IMG/VR virus record: IMGVR_UViG_3300045918_000214
Coordinates: 4,896 to 68,895 of that record
DNA from: a virus
Length of the DNA stretch: 64,000 nucleotides
Strand: one strand, 5' to 3'
Each line of letters starts with the position of its first letter. The stretch's first letter is position 1. Shown here piece by piece: positions 1 through 9,389 of the stretch. The notes beneath the pieces were generated by a model. It saw nothing but the letters and a program-made list of their open reading frames with translations, did not search any database and was not told where the DNA came from. A program made the translations under genes and the position numbers.

Positions 1-167
1 TTGTCCAAAGCTTCTTTATCCTTGATATTCACAACCAGAATGAAAGGTGCCTCGTTGTTTTCCTGTTCGTAGAAGGGAAGATCATACCAGCCACCTGGTT
101 CAAATCCATCCTCCTGCCCGGTCAGACAAAATAGATCAATGTCTGGATTTTTCAATTTCGTAACCAT
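1..167 (-). CDS. hypothetical protein, runs off the window edge (MVTKLKNPDIDLFCLTGQEDGFEPGGWYDLPFYEQ...)
   Basis: Manually translated; its ATG overlaps the TAA of the glycosyltransferase gene at 167. Confidence 0.6.
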   Translation of the reverse strand, partial: MVTKLKNPDIDLFCLTGQEDGFEPGGWYDLPFYEQENNEAPFILVVNIKDKEALD

Positions 168-1093
168 TACTTCACTCCAAATTCTGCTTCAAGGTAGTTG
201 TCTGTATTTAGTACAGTGTACTTCGAGGTGATATCATCCTCATTAGACAACTTAACCAATTTTAAACCATAAGCATTGGGATCACGAGAAATTTTTGCAT
301 CGGCGCGTAGCTTAAGCTTATTGTTCCGTTGGAATGAAGAATAGTCAACTGAGTGGTGCCAACGTCCCCATTTCTGAGTAATTTCTACTACATCTGGATG
401 TTGGTCATACAGACTCTTGGCAAATGTGTACCGATTGTCAAACTCTTGAGTATTTCCCAGTTTATAGATTTCCTCAGTGTTGCCGCCCTTCATAGTCAGT
501 GTAGCTGCTTTACCACAAGTAAACTGATTCAGTAGAACCGTGCAATTGCCGTCCTTCAGGATTCGTAGTGAAAGATCCGTATCCTCATTGTACCGACCAC
601 GCCATCGGTGTTCGACTGAGTTGTCAAGCAAGATGCACGAGTAGATTCTAGTGTTCAAATAGTAAGGAGCCTTCTTGACGAACGAAGGTGTGAAGTAATG
701 GTAGTTCAGACCAGACATCTTCACGTTTTCAAATCGGTCAGTAAAATCCTCACAGACTCGGAATGGAGCAGTAGAGCGGACACGCAGCTTAGAATTCTTG
801 TGCAGACGGTAAAGGTACCGAATATTGTCATCAAGAATCCAGTGGCGTTTATGACCCTCAGAGATGGAATGTTCCCAGACCCAATTACGAGCTGGGATGC
901 CACCTTGACCAAGATTGGAAAATGGAAGCACTAGGATTTTCTTGGGATCAATCACAGCCGCATAAGCATCATACTCTTGCGGTTCAATGACGATTCGATA
1001 ATCTGCACCTATCTCTTCAAGAGTACGAGAGGTCATCCGGGATTCGGACCGACCCTTGGAAATGATATAGATTGGATAGCGTGTCTGCTTCAT
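167..1093 (-). CDS. GREB1/TAGT-like (TET/JBP-associated) GT-A glycosyltransferase, probably DNA base modification
   Basis: YPIYIISKGR start, ARNWVWEH, HWILDDNI (DxD-like), GRYNEDTDLSLR and GGNT motifs. Confidence 0.7.
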   Translation of the reverse strand: MKQTRYPIYIISKGRSESRMTSRTLEEIGADYRIVIEPQEYDAYAAVIDPKKILVLPFSNLGQGGIPARNWVWEHSISEGHKRHWILDDNIRYLYRLHKNSKLRVRSTAPFRVCEDFTDRFENVKMSGLNYHYFTPSFVKKAPYYLNTRIYSCILLDNSVEHRWRGRYNEDTDLSLRILKDGNCTVLLNQFTCGKAATLTMKGGNTEEIYKLGNTQEFDNRYTFAKSLYDQHPDVVEITQKWGRWHHSVDYSSFQRNNKLKLRADAKISRDPNAYGLKLVKLSNEDDITSKYTVLNTDNYLEAEFGVK

Positions 1094-1101
1094 GTTTTTC
1101 C

Positions 1102-1545
1102 TTAGACGTATTTAGTCAAGTCTGGTGCAACGTAATTCTTACCTTTGCCAATCTTGCCACCAGGCTGAATGACTGCCTTACCATCTTCAAACTTAGAGTC
1201 GTTTGAATTCAGCACTTCGTCATCGGCACCATTCTTGTCAAATCCTGCAAGGAATGCAACACCGTTCAGAGTCACATCAATGTCGCAGAGAGCATCCAAA
1301 CATGCTACACGATCTTGTGTGCCAAGTTGTTTGCCGTTCTTCTTGAGTTCGTTGCCGATCTTGTGCATCATTGCAGCTACCATACGAAGGTCAATGTTAC
1401 CATCCGTATAGTCAACGAAGCGAACTGACTCGAAGAACTCAGCCATTTCTTCGATCATGACTCCAGATTGGACAGAGAAGGATTCTCCAGAAGGTTCTTT
1501 TCCTGCAACCTTGAGCCAGTTGGAGACGCGGTCATAATTTCTCAT
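1102..1545 (-). CDS. MazG-like / all-alpha NTP pyrophosphohydrolase
   Basis: EEMAEF...LDALCD...SNDSKF...GKIGKG pattern. Confidence 0.75.
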   Translation of the reverse strand: MRNYDRVSNWLKVAGKEPSGESFSVQSGVMIEEMAEFFESVRFVDYTDGNIDLRMVAAMMHKIGNELKKNGKQLGTQDRVACLDALCDIDVTLNGVAFLAGFDKNGADDEVLNSNDSKFEDGKAVIQPGGKIGKGKNYVAPDLTKYV

Positions 1546-1553
1546 TGTTTTCC

Positions 1554-2069
1554 TTATTTAGATTGTTTGTTCATTACATCGATGATATACTGTGCCTGAT
1601 AGGTAGCATCATCTAGAGCGTTGTGGTAAGTACCTTGCCGAACTGTGTCAGCCTTAAACATTGCCTTGAATGTCCGGAAACATCTAGCATGTAGGTACTT
1701 CCAAGGATGTTGTATATTTAGCGCGGAATAGTTTGCTTCCATGATCACAAGGTCGAAGTCTGGACCACAAGCCCAAGTGGGAACTGATTTGGTTCCATAC
1801 CACTCTGAGAACATTGCTAGAGCTTCCGAAAGAGGAACTCGGTTATGTTTTAGAGCATCAAAGGCTTCAGGTTTTTGAGTTTTCCACCAGTCAAGAGTAG
1901 ATTTCTGGAAGTCCAAACCTGCATTTTTAGATGATATAGGATCTACATTGATGTAGAAGGTATCTAGGATTTGCTTATCGTTGAATTTTAAAGCACCAAT
2001 AGAAGCTAGGGCAGCATTCTTTTTAGTAGAGAAAGTTTCAATGTCAATCATTACATCAAAATCGGCCAT
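1554..2069 (-). CDS. DEDDh 3'-5' exonuclease (DexA/exonuclease A-like)
   Basis: MIDIET, GPDFD, HNALDDA motifs. Confidence 0.8.
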   Translation of the reverse strand: MADFDVMIDIETFSTKKNAALASIGALKFNDKQILDTFYINVDPISSKNAGLDFQKSTLDWWKTQKPEAFDALKHNRVPLSEALAMFSEWYGTKSVPTWACGPDFDLVIMEANYSALNIQHPWKYLHARCFRTFKAMFKADTVRQGTYHNALDDATYQAQYIIDVMNKQSK

Positions 2070-2524
2070 TTTCTAATCCCTTAGAGTTGTGTTTCATAAT
2101 AAAGTTTCCTTACAAGGTTTTATTCTATCAAAAATAGATTCAAAGTAAAATTTAGTTGGACTAGCGGAAGCTACAGTCCCGAGGTGAAACCGAGTGGCTG
2201 GTCTATTGCTGTGCACAAGTTACTTTAGCAATAAGTTTTAAGAATACTCTAAAGGTAATAGCTATAGTATCCCTCCATTGTATTCCGGGTAAGCTAGTCC
2301 CTAGCTCTAATTCTTTCTACTCCAGCTTCCAAAGTCTATGAACAGAATATAGTTCAACTTTAGTTGAACACAACTATCCTTTCTATAGAATAATTATAAC
2401 ATCCGTAGAACTTTTGTAAAATCTTTTTTACTGTGCTTACAAAGTCATGAGCTTCAAGGAAAAATTTACATTAAAGCTTCTGTGGTATATAATCAACCAT
2501 CAAACTTTAACATTGAAAGGCCAC

Positions 2525-4180
2525 ATGGCAAATCGTGATCAAGAGATTCTAACCGCATTTAAAACACTAGGATTTTCTCCTAGGAATAATCAGGTTGAGA
2601 TCATCAATAATGTAGTGTCATCTTTCTTGGATGAAAAGAAGAAGAATGTAATTCTTTGTGCAGGAACTGGTATCGGTAAGTCTATCATTGCAGCCGTTGT
2701 TGCAGAGGTTCTTAAGGTTGTGGCTGATTCCAACCTCTCTGGTATATATTTATCCTCGACCAATCAGCTGATTGACCAGTACGGGGATTCTTTCAAGCAC
2801 CTTCCCGAGATGAAGTTCTTCCGTATTAAGGGTGCTCGTAACTACGGCTGTGAGTACTTCATCGAACGTGGTAACAAATTTGCGACCGGTGAGGATTGCG
2901 TCAAGACCGAACTCTCGGACATGGAATGCAATAAGTACTGTAACAAATGCAAGTACGATCAAAATAAGAAGATCATCAACAAGACGGAAAATCTGATTAC
3001 GAACTACTCGTACTTCATGATTTCAAAGTTGAAGTCCGAACATCTCTTGGATCGGAATCTACAGGTATTTGATGAGGCCCACTTGCTCAACGATACCTTC
3101 TGCTCTCAAGTTTCTATTGATGTGTCCGTAGATTCACTGACCAAACTGTGCGAAAATCTAAACGACCTGAACGGCAAGGCTGATAATCAAAAGGCCGATC
3201 TGATCATGTTCCGCAAAGAGATTGAACGCCACGGAATCCATATCGGAAACTACAAGGCAAAGATCAAAGAACTTCTAAACATCTACAAATCAGTTTCGGA
3301 TGTTGCTAACCATCAAGCCGCTCTGATCCCAGATCTTAAGGCAAAGAACAAGGTTCGTAAAGTCGGTTCACGATTTTCTAGACTTGGGGATTTGATTGAA
3401 TCATTCTTCGAGCATGACTATGACCACGTTTTTGATGACACTGTTGACAAGCAAATTTCTATCAAACCGATCTTCGTCTCGGACATGATGAGCCTTCTGC
3501 TTGGTCGTTACAATCTATTTATGTCGGCTACGATCTCAAAGGATTTTGCCAAGACAACTTTCAACCTGGCTCCAGCTGATACGGCTTACATCAATCCAGA
3601 AGAGATCTTCCCCAAGGAAAACAAGCCAATTTTCTTCATCGGCAAAGAGAACCTGAACTATCAAAAGATGAAGGATCCTCAGACGTTCAAGGATATGGCC
3701 AAGGTAATTCAGTACATCGTAGAACATCACAAGAATGATAAGGGCATCATTCTAGTTCCCTCGTTCTATGCGTCTAGGATGCTGTCTCAGGCGATTCCAA
3801 AGTCTGTCCGATTGTTCCTACATGAACAAGGAACTAATTCGGCTGAGATCGTAGAAGAGTTTCGGAAACATAATGGCTCGGGTGTTCTCATGTCACCTTC
3901 CATCTTCGAAGGTTTGGACTTTAAGGATGATGAATCGCGGTATCAGATTATTTGTAAGACACCTTATGCATCACTCGGTGATCTGCGAGTAAAAAAGATT
4001 GCCGATTCGTATGGAACAATTTACAAAGAGATGACTCTGTATAAAATACTCCAAGGAATCGGCAGGTCTATACGGTCTTCTGAGGATACCGCGGTAACTT
4101 ATTTCCTTGATAAGTCCTCAGAAACTCTGTTCAAATCTTCCCAGAATATCTGGGTTGATAGATACGATCTTAAGCGGTAG
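2525..4180 (+). CDS. DinG/Rad3-like SF2 helicase (likely start MANRDQ at 2525)
   Basis: PRNNQ Q-motif, AGTGIGKS, DEAH, SAT, EGLDF, QGIGRSIR; several Cys between motifs I and II (possible Fe-S). Confidence 0.85.
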   Translation: MANRDQEILTAFKTLGFSPRNNQVEIINNVVSSFLDEKKKNVILCAGTGIGKSIIAAVVAEVLKVVADSNLSGIYLSSTNQLIDQYGDSFKHLPEMKFFRIKGARNYGCEYFIERGNKFATGEDCVKTELSDMECNKYCNKCKYDQNKKIINKTENLITNYSYFMISKLKSEHLLDRNLQVFDEAHLLNDTFCSQVSIDVSVDSLTKLCENLNDLNGKADNQKADLIMFRKEIERHGIHIGNYKAKIKELLNIYKSVSDVANHQAALIPDLKAKNKVRKVGSRFSRLGDLIESFFEHDYDHVFDDTVDKQISIKPIFVSDMMSLLLGRYNLFMSATISKDFAKTTFNLAPADTAYINPEEIFPKENKPIFFIGKENLNYQKMKDPQTFKDMAKVIQYIVEHHKNDKGIILVPSFYASRMLSQAIPKSVRLFLHEQGTNSAEIVEEFRKHNGSGVLMSPSIFEGLDFKDDESRYQIICKTPYASLGDLRVKKIADSYGTIYKEMTLYKILQGIGRSIRSSEDTAVTYFLDKSSETLFKSSQNIWVDRYDLKR

Positions 4181-4892
4181 GCTTTTTGGTTCTCTTCTTG
4201 AGGACCACATCAGCCACAATTTCAGCAACATCTGCAACTTCAGGAGCCACTGGTGTCACAACTGGTGGCTTTTTAGTTTTAGGAGCTTTGTGATGAGCTG
4301 CTGCATTTTCCTCTTGGTACTTTTGCTTGTTCTGAAGACGCTTGGCAATTTCTTTGTCATCAAACCAGAACTCTACACCCTTGTGAACATCTACAATTTC
4401 AGCTGGAGTCAAGAATCCACCATAAGTAGTCTCAAGAATCTGCTTGATCTGCTTTGTAGAGAAGTCAACGTTCGACTTGATCTGACCAGTAGATCCAAAC
4501 GCGCTATATGAAGCAGTATGAACTAGCATGTGAGCAGACTTCGTGACCATGACCTCAGCACAATTCAGTGTGATGATTGAAGCTGCTGAATGACATTTGC
4601 CCGTGATAATTGCTCGGACAGAAGCCGATGAGGCCTTGACTGCCTCAATGATTGATAGAGCACCATCCAGATCGCCACCAGATGATCCCATGACAAAGAC
4701 GAATTGGTCATATTCCTCTGCATTGTAAAGCAGATGGTTCAGCTCACGATACTTTGCAGGAGCACCAATATCTTCATCAAAGAATATTGTGTGGACGGAA
4801 ACCGCTGTTCTGTGAGATTTGATCATGGATGGAAAATTATCCTGTTGTATCAATTCGATGATCTGATCGTTATCGTTATTTCTCATTTTCAT
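4170..4892 (-). CDS. ClpP-like protease
   Basis: SSGGD, CHSAAS (catalytic Ser), MLVH, EFWF motifs. Confidence 0.8.
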   Translation of the reverse strand: MKMRNNDNDQIIELIQQDNFPSMIKSHRTAVSVHTIFFDEDIGAPAKYRELNHLLYNAEEYDQFVFVMGSSGGDLDGALSIIEAVKASSASVRAIITGKCHSAASIITLNCAEVMVTKSAHMLVHTASYSAFGSTGQIKSNVDFSTKQIKQILETTYGGFLTPAEIVDVHKGVEFWFDDKEIAKRLQNKQKYQEENAAAHHKAPKTKKPPVVTPVAPEVADVAEIVADVVLKKRTKKPTA

Positions 4893-5560
4893 AACTTCTT
4901 TTCCTTATCGGTTAGTTTTATTAGTTCTTTCATCCACTTGACTGATGGTTCTATGAATACCTCGATGTTCGCACCACCTTCGACTACCATTAGAATAACC
5001 AGATCACTTATTCTAATTCCATATCTTTCAAACACCATGCATGCATAAGCCGCGCACTGTAGGAAATAAGCATTGATGTCTTCTTTGTACTTCAGACGAG
5101 ATGAAGTTTTAAAGTCAACGATTGCCAATTTTCCATCATATTCGGCTATGCAATCTACTGTCCCTGCCAAACCTATCATCTTTGAGTACATTTGGTGTTC
5201 TAGCACAAAGACATTATCTACATGCTCTTCCAAATGCTTTTTCATGGTAAGAAAATCTTGTTTGTAAAACATAGAGATGTCAGACCATTCCCTATTTAGG
5301 AGGAGGTTCTCACAAGCAAGGTGAATTGCAGTCCCACGAGTAGCGGCAGCTTTAGTAATCCTATCTGCTTCCTTGTGTCCTACAGCTTCTCTCCAAGCAG
5401 CAATGCTTTCTTTCCCGGTGCTAAATTGACCCACGAAGGAAGTAACTGATCTGTACTTATTTCCTTCTGGGTCAAAATAATATCTAATAGGCCCAGAATC
5501 ATCTCGCACGAGTTCAAAATTCTGGGGTTTCACATTTTCATAACGAATAAAGTTTTTCAT
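4889..5560 (-). CDS. PD-(D/E)XK (Cas4-like) exonuclease common in T4-like phages
   Basis: SVTS, RGTAIH, GTVDC...IVDFKTS, YFLQCAAYA. Confidence 0.8.
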   Translation of the reverse strand: MKNFIRYENVKPQNFELVRDDSGPIRYYFDPEGNKYRSVTSFVGQFSTGKESIAAWREAVGHKEADRITKAAATRGTAIHLACENLLLNREWSDISMFYKQDFLTMKKHLEEHVDNVFVLEHQMYSKMIGLAGTVDCIAEYDGKLAIVDFKTSSRLKYKEDINAYFLQCAAYACMVFERYGIRISDLVILMVVEGGANIEVFIEPSVKWMKELIKLTDKEKKL

Positions 5561-5561
5561 G

Positions 5562-6140
5562 TTAGTCCGAAAAAGTTCTAATTTTCCAAATATCTTCTAA
5601 AGGTCCAGATTGTGAAATTGGAAATATTGTACATTCAGTTAATTTCTTATGAGTTGTAAATTCATTGAAATGGTGCGCATCAGAAGAAGATGAAGTATTG
5701 CTATAACTAGTTGGAGTTGAGACATTATATCCATGTTTCCTAGCTAATGCTTTTGCAATTCTATGGTAGTGATCAAACATTCCATTCTCATTATGCCCCA
5801 CAATTCTAACAGAATGTCCTTGATCCATCAATCCTTTTGCATGATGAAACATCGTGGCAACAAATCTTGGGTTAGGTTTGTCTGAGTGTAACATAGTGCC
5901 GGTGATATTTCTTACATCGTGATGAATTTCATAAGCACCTTTTCTTTTAAAAGATGTCAAACTACCATGAGTTTTTGGATCACCACCTAGTTCATATTCA
6001 TGGTAATCTGTCACCCCAGCACTTTTCATTGCTTCATGATCCATTTTTGGAAATACTTCTTTCTTTTCGTGTGGTGCATCAAAAGATTCTAGAAGTATTG
6101 TAGCTTCATTTATTTTTTCTAGATAGGTTTTAAATCTCAT
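5562..6140 (-). CDS. hypothetical protein, possible head-internal protein
   Basis: N-terminus MRFKTYLEKINE resembles T4 capsid-targeting sequences. Confidence 0.5.
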   Translation of the reverse strand: MRFKTYLEKINEATILLESFDAPHEKKEVFPKMDHEAMKSAGVTDYHEYELGGDPKTHGSLTSFKRKGAYEIHHDVRNITGTMLHSDKPNPRFVATMFHHAKGLMDQGHSVRIVGHNENGMFDHYHRIAKALARKHGYNVSTPTSYSNTSSSSDAHHFNEFTTHKKLTECTIFPISQSGPLEDIWKIRTFSD

Positions 6141-6144
6141 AAGT

Positions 6145-6963
6145 CTATAGTCCAAGTTTCTCACATGCCATAATCCAGCTCTTAACGAATGCCGATCTTA
6201 CGATGTCGTCGGTAGTAAATCGGAATGATCTAAACTCTGGCATTAGCCGGGTAGCAGATAGGAAGTCTCTGAAACCGGATACGTCGTTCTTTGACTTTAT
6301 CAAGTCATCCTGCTTACCATCACCACAGCAGATAAGAATTGTGTTCTCACCGACACGGGAAATAACAGTAGAAATTTCATGCCAGTTCAAATCCTGGATT
6401 TCATCTACAAGTACAATAGCATCTCGGAACGTTGTGCCGCGTAGGAAAGAAGATGACATGAATTCAATCTTGCCAGTTTCCTTCAGCTTCTCATAAGCAT
6501 GCTTGTTGTTTGTAAGTTCCGCGCAGATTTGTACGTACGGCATTTCATATACAGCCATCTTCTCATCCAAGTCACCTGGTAAGAATCCCATGTCCCGAGT
6601 AGGAACAGAAGATCGTACGATGATTAATTTCTTGAATCTTGAGTCCTGATATAGAATCTCAAGCAGTGCAAAATACACGGCCATAAAGCTCTTACCAGTT
6701 CCTACTGTACCATGGAGGATATATCCATCGGCATCACCATTCTCCCAAGCTTGGAAGAAACATTTCTGTGTCTCTGTTAGGGGTGACAATTTCTTAATGT
6801 CAGCCAGTTTAACCATTTTGCCAGCATTAGGTAATACCTTCGCTGTCATCTCATTTATCAGTTCTTTTTCTAATTGTTTCTGTTGTCGAACAAGCCGTTT
6901 TGCTGTACGTTCGGTTTGTGTTGATGATGATACTTTCCGCGGTGTTACTGGTGCTCTGGCCAT
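6145..6963 (-). CDS. phoH: PhoH family ATPase
   Basis: GTVGTGKS, MGFLPGDLDEK, FLRGTT, DEIQD, DIVRS. Confidence 0.9.
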   Translation of the reverse strand: MARAPVTPRKVSSSTQTERTAKRLVRQQKQLEKELINEMTAKVLPNAGKMVKLADIKKLSPLTETQKCFFQAWENGDADGYILHGTVGTGKSFMAVYFALLEILYQDSRFKKLIIVRSSVPTRDMGFLPGDLDEKMAVYEMPYVQICAELTNNKHAYEKLKETGKIEFMSSSFLRGTTFRDAIVLVDEIQDLNWHEISTVISRVGENTILICCGDGKQDDLIKSKNDVSGFRDFLSATRLMPEFRSFRFTTDDIVRSAFVKSWIMACEKLGL

Positions 6964-6978
6964 TATTTTCCCTTTAAG

Positions 6979-7254
6979 TTATAAGAAAGTCGAAGTGTGA
7001 TTTAGCTGTGATCCTGCTGCTTGTTTATGGATTTTGTTTAGAACTTCTTTGAAGCCGGCCGGGATGGCGCGGCCATACGAACCTGGAACAGTGGTAGAAT
7101 AACCTACCAGCGGTGCAGACAATAAGCGTGATAGTTTACCCACTTCAGAGCAATAGGGGCAGACATCAGCTTCTACATTGTCGCGGTCATCCATTCGTTT
7201 GGATTGCTCACATGCTTGATTGCAATTTGAGCAGTGGTAGTCATAGAGTGCCAT
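6979..7254 (-). CDS. FmdB-family zinc-ribbon protein
   Basis: MALYDYHCSNC...CPYC...GFKEVL. Confidence 0.75.
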   Translation of the reverse strand: MALYDYHCSNCNQACEQSKRMDDRDNVEADVCPYCSEVGKLSRLLSAPLVGYSTTVPGSYGRAIPAGFKEVLNKIHKQAAGSQLNHTSTFL

Positions 7255-7480
7255 TTTTCTTCTTTTCTTTTAAGATTGTGTTGGTCTTTTCTATTTTGTA
7301 CAAAATATTGTACATCTCGGTTGGGACTAAAATCAAAGTGAAACACAATGATAGTATAGCCGCAACCAGGTGAGCAATTATTGCCGGTACGATAAGAATT
7401 AAAGTACAGACAAATATTTTGAACTGAGAATAGGCCGACAATTTTTGATTATCTAGCATATTTCTAGTTATCTGGATCAT
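7241..7480 (-). CDS. small membrane protein
   Basis: Long hydrophobic segment; overlaps both neighbours. Confidence 0.5.
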   Translation of the reverse strand: MIQITRNMLDNQKLSAYSQFKIFVCTLILIVPAIIAHLVAAILSLCFTLILVPTEMYNILYKIEKTNTILKEKKKNGTL

Positions 7481-7776
7481 GCAAGAGCGATCTTCGTTGG
7501 TGGTACAATGATCTTCTTGAAGCGTTCATTGTAGTGGTTTAGCAATTCCTCAGATGGGAAAGCAATACCTGTGACAGAAGATGGAACGGCAAATCCGGCT
7601 TCCTTATCTGCATACGGCATGAATTCCAAAAGTCCCATACGACCTTGACCGCGTTCATCTACGTCCGTTACCAGCTGTAGAATATCACGGCAGATGTATG
7701 AACCTGGGTTCTCTGCTACGGTCGCTAGGATTTCTGTGCCGTCGATTAGTTTCAAAATTACTACTTGAGTTTCCAT
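7477..7776 (-). CDS. Sm-like small protein conserved in T4-like phages
   Basis: ILKLIDGTEILA start and C-terminal IIVP pattern. Confidence 0.55.
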   Translation of the reverse strand: METQVVILKLIDGTEILATVAENPGSYICRDILQLVTDVDERGQGRMGLLEFMPYADKEAGFAVPSSVTGIAFPSEELLNHYNERFKKIIVPPTKIALA

Positions 7777-8018
7777 TTTTAATTCTCACTTTCATCATAA
7801 GGGGTTTTATCTATCGTTTGGATGTCTTCACATCCTTTACACTTGAGGCCGAAACAGATGTAGCCATCTTCTTTCCAGGTTATGACATCAACTTTATTTC
7901 TGCCGAATATGTGTAAAATTTTATGGATCAGTTTTTGCATAGCTAAAAAGGGATCGGACTGTATCAATCCGATCCCTTCAGGTTTAGTTTTGATTGATAC
8001 AAAACTATTTATGTGACA

Positions 8019-8255
8019 TTACATGTAGGCACGAGGTCCTGCAACAGAAAAGGCCATAGCGATCATGCGAGCCGATGGCTTACCAACCTTGTATGTAGTA
8101 CCTTCAGCGGCACGACGAGTATAGATGCAAGCACCATCACGGCGCAGACGCGAAACAACCTTGGAAGGCGAAGCGACACCAAGCAGTTGAAGCTCGTGAA
8201 CGGTAACACCGGTCTGGGTTGATGCAAGTTGGAGAGTGAATTGTTTCTGGTTCAT
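8019..8255 (-). CDS. winged-helix DNA-binding protein
   Basis: T..EL..GVASPSKVVSRLRRDG..IY pattern. Confidence 0.55.
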   Translation of the reverse strand: MNQKQFTLQLASTQTGVTVHELQLLGVASPSKVVSRLRRDGACIYTRRAAEGTTYKVGKPSARMIAMAFSVAGPRAYM

Positions 8256-8330
8256 CGGATTTCCTAAAATAATAAATGATGCTTTTCAAAAACGGGGTAT
8301 GATTAAGCAACAAAATCGTACCCCGAATCT

Positions 8331-9233
8331 TTAGTCGTTAACTAGAGAATTGAAGAAAGCAGTTTCGTCTTCGTCATCTGCTTGTACAACTGGTGGAGCC
8401 TTTGGCTTAGCGGCAGGTTTTGCAGCCTTTGCTGGAGCCGGAGCTTCTTCTGCAATCTTAGACAATTCATCAAGTTCCTTGTCATAGTCAGCAGCAGGTG
8501 TAGAACGTGGAGCATCCTGACCTGTAACCCAGAGGAATTTCTTCTTGAGTTCTTCGGGAGTCTTGAACTTATCAGCAGTCACTTCATCTTCCAAACGGTA
8601 GCAAAGTGCCAGGACTTCATCGATGCGTTTCTTACCACCAGCAATTGATTTCTTGCTAGAGAACTTGGAAGTATCGTAGTTAGGGAAGTTTGCAACAATG
8701 GTCATGCGAAGAAGGAAATCTGCACCAGCTTCTGGGTCAAACACGTTGATTGGTTCTTCACCAAGATCCTCGTCAGGCTTTGCAGCAGACACGATCTTAT
8801 CAAAGATTTTCTTACCGTACTTGAATTTGAAAACCTTACCTTCATTCTCTGGATTCTCTTGGTCTTTGATAACCAGGATATTCGAGATGTAGTTGAGTTT
8901 ACGACCACGAGCGGATACGATCTTCTTGTTTTCATCCAGACCAGTATTCCACAGCTCACGGTTCACTTCAGCAATGTAGTCTTGTTGACCCAAAGTAGAG
9001 AGCGAGTTTTCAATGTACCAACGGTTGGTGCTTGGATCTTTGAAAGAGTGAGTATAAAGACGCACAAACGGAATGTCAGTGATTTCTTTATTTGGAAGGA
9101 ATCGGATTACAGCGGAACCATTTCCTGCCTTGTCCTTGGTCAATCTCCAATAGGTTTCGGAGCCTTCATTATAATTTTTCTTTTTTGCCGTTACTGAGTC
9201 AATCTGAGTAAGGAGGGATTCGAAGTTCATCAT
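8331..9233 (-). CDS. gp32: single-stranded DNA-binding protein (T4 gp32 homolog)
   Basis: DKAGNGSAVIRFLP, WYIENSLSTLG, GKVFKFKYGKKIFDKI, acidic tail. Confidence 0.95.
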   Translation of the reverse strand: MMNFESLLTQIDSVTAKKKNYNEGSETYWRLTKDKAGNGSAVIRFLPNKEITDIPFVRLYTHSFKDPSTNRWYIENSLSTLGQQDYIAEVNRELWNTGLDENKKIVSARGRKLNYISNILVIKDQENPENEGKVFKFKYGKKIFDKIVSAAKPDEDLGEEPINVFDPEAGADFLLRMTIVANFPNYDTSKFSSKKSIAGGKKRIDEVLALCYRLEDEVTADKFKTPEELKKKFLWVTGQDAPRSTPAADYDKELDELSKIAEEAPAPAKAAKPAAKPKAPPVVQADDEDETAFFNSLVND

Positions 9234-9259
9234 TTTAATAGCCTTTTTAAAGTAATTTG

Positions 9260-9294
9260 CACATTAATTGTAGTCGCAATGTGACGGAATCGAC
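9260..9294 (-). promoter_or_regulatory. H-type pseudoknot in gp32 leader (putative autogenous translational operator)
   Basis: S1 GTCG/CGAC, S2 CACATTG/TAATGTG, 27-61 nt upstream of the gp32 ATG, followed by an A/T-rich stretch, as in T4 gene 32. Confidence 0.6.
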
Positions 9295-9365
9295 AACTTA
9301 TTTAATCAAAGCATAGTACTATTCTATCAAAATAGAAAGAAAAGTAAAATATATTTTGACCCAGC

Positions 9366-9387
9366 AAAAAGAGGCCGAAGCCTCTTT
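9366..9387 (-). terminator. intrinsic terminator after DUF2828 gene
   Basis: AAAGAGGC-TTCG-GCCTCTTTTT. Confidence 0.85.
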
Positions 9388-9389
9388 AG

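Noticed and set aside
4889-5560. Cas4-like nuclease as evidence of CRISPR-Cas
   Set aside because: Stand-alone PD-(D/E)XK exonuclease typical of T4-like phages; no array or other cas genes
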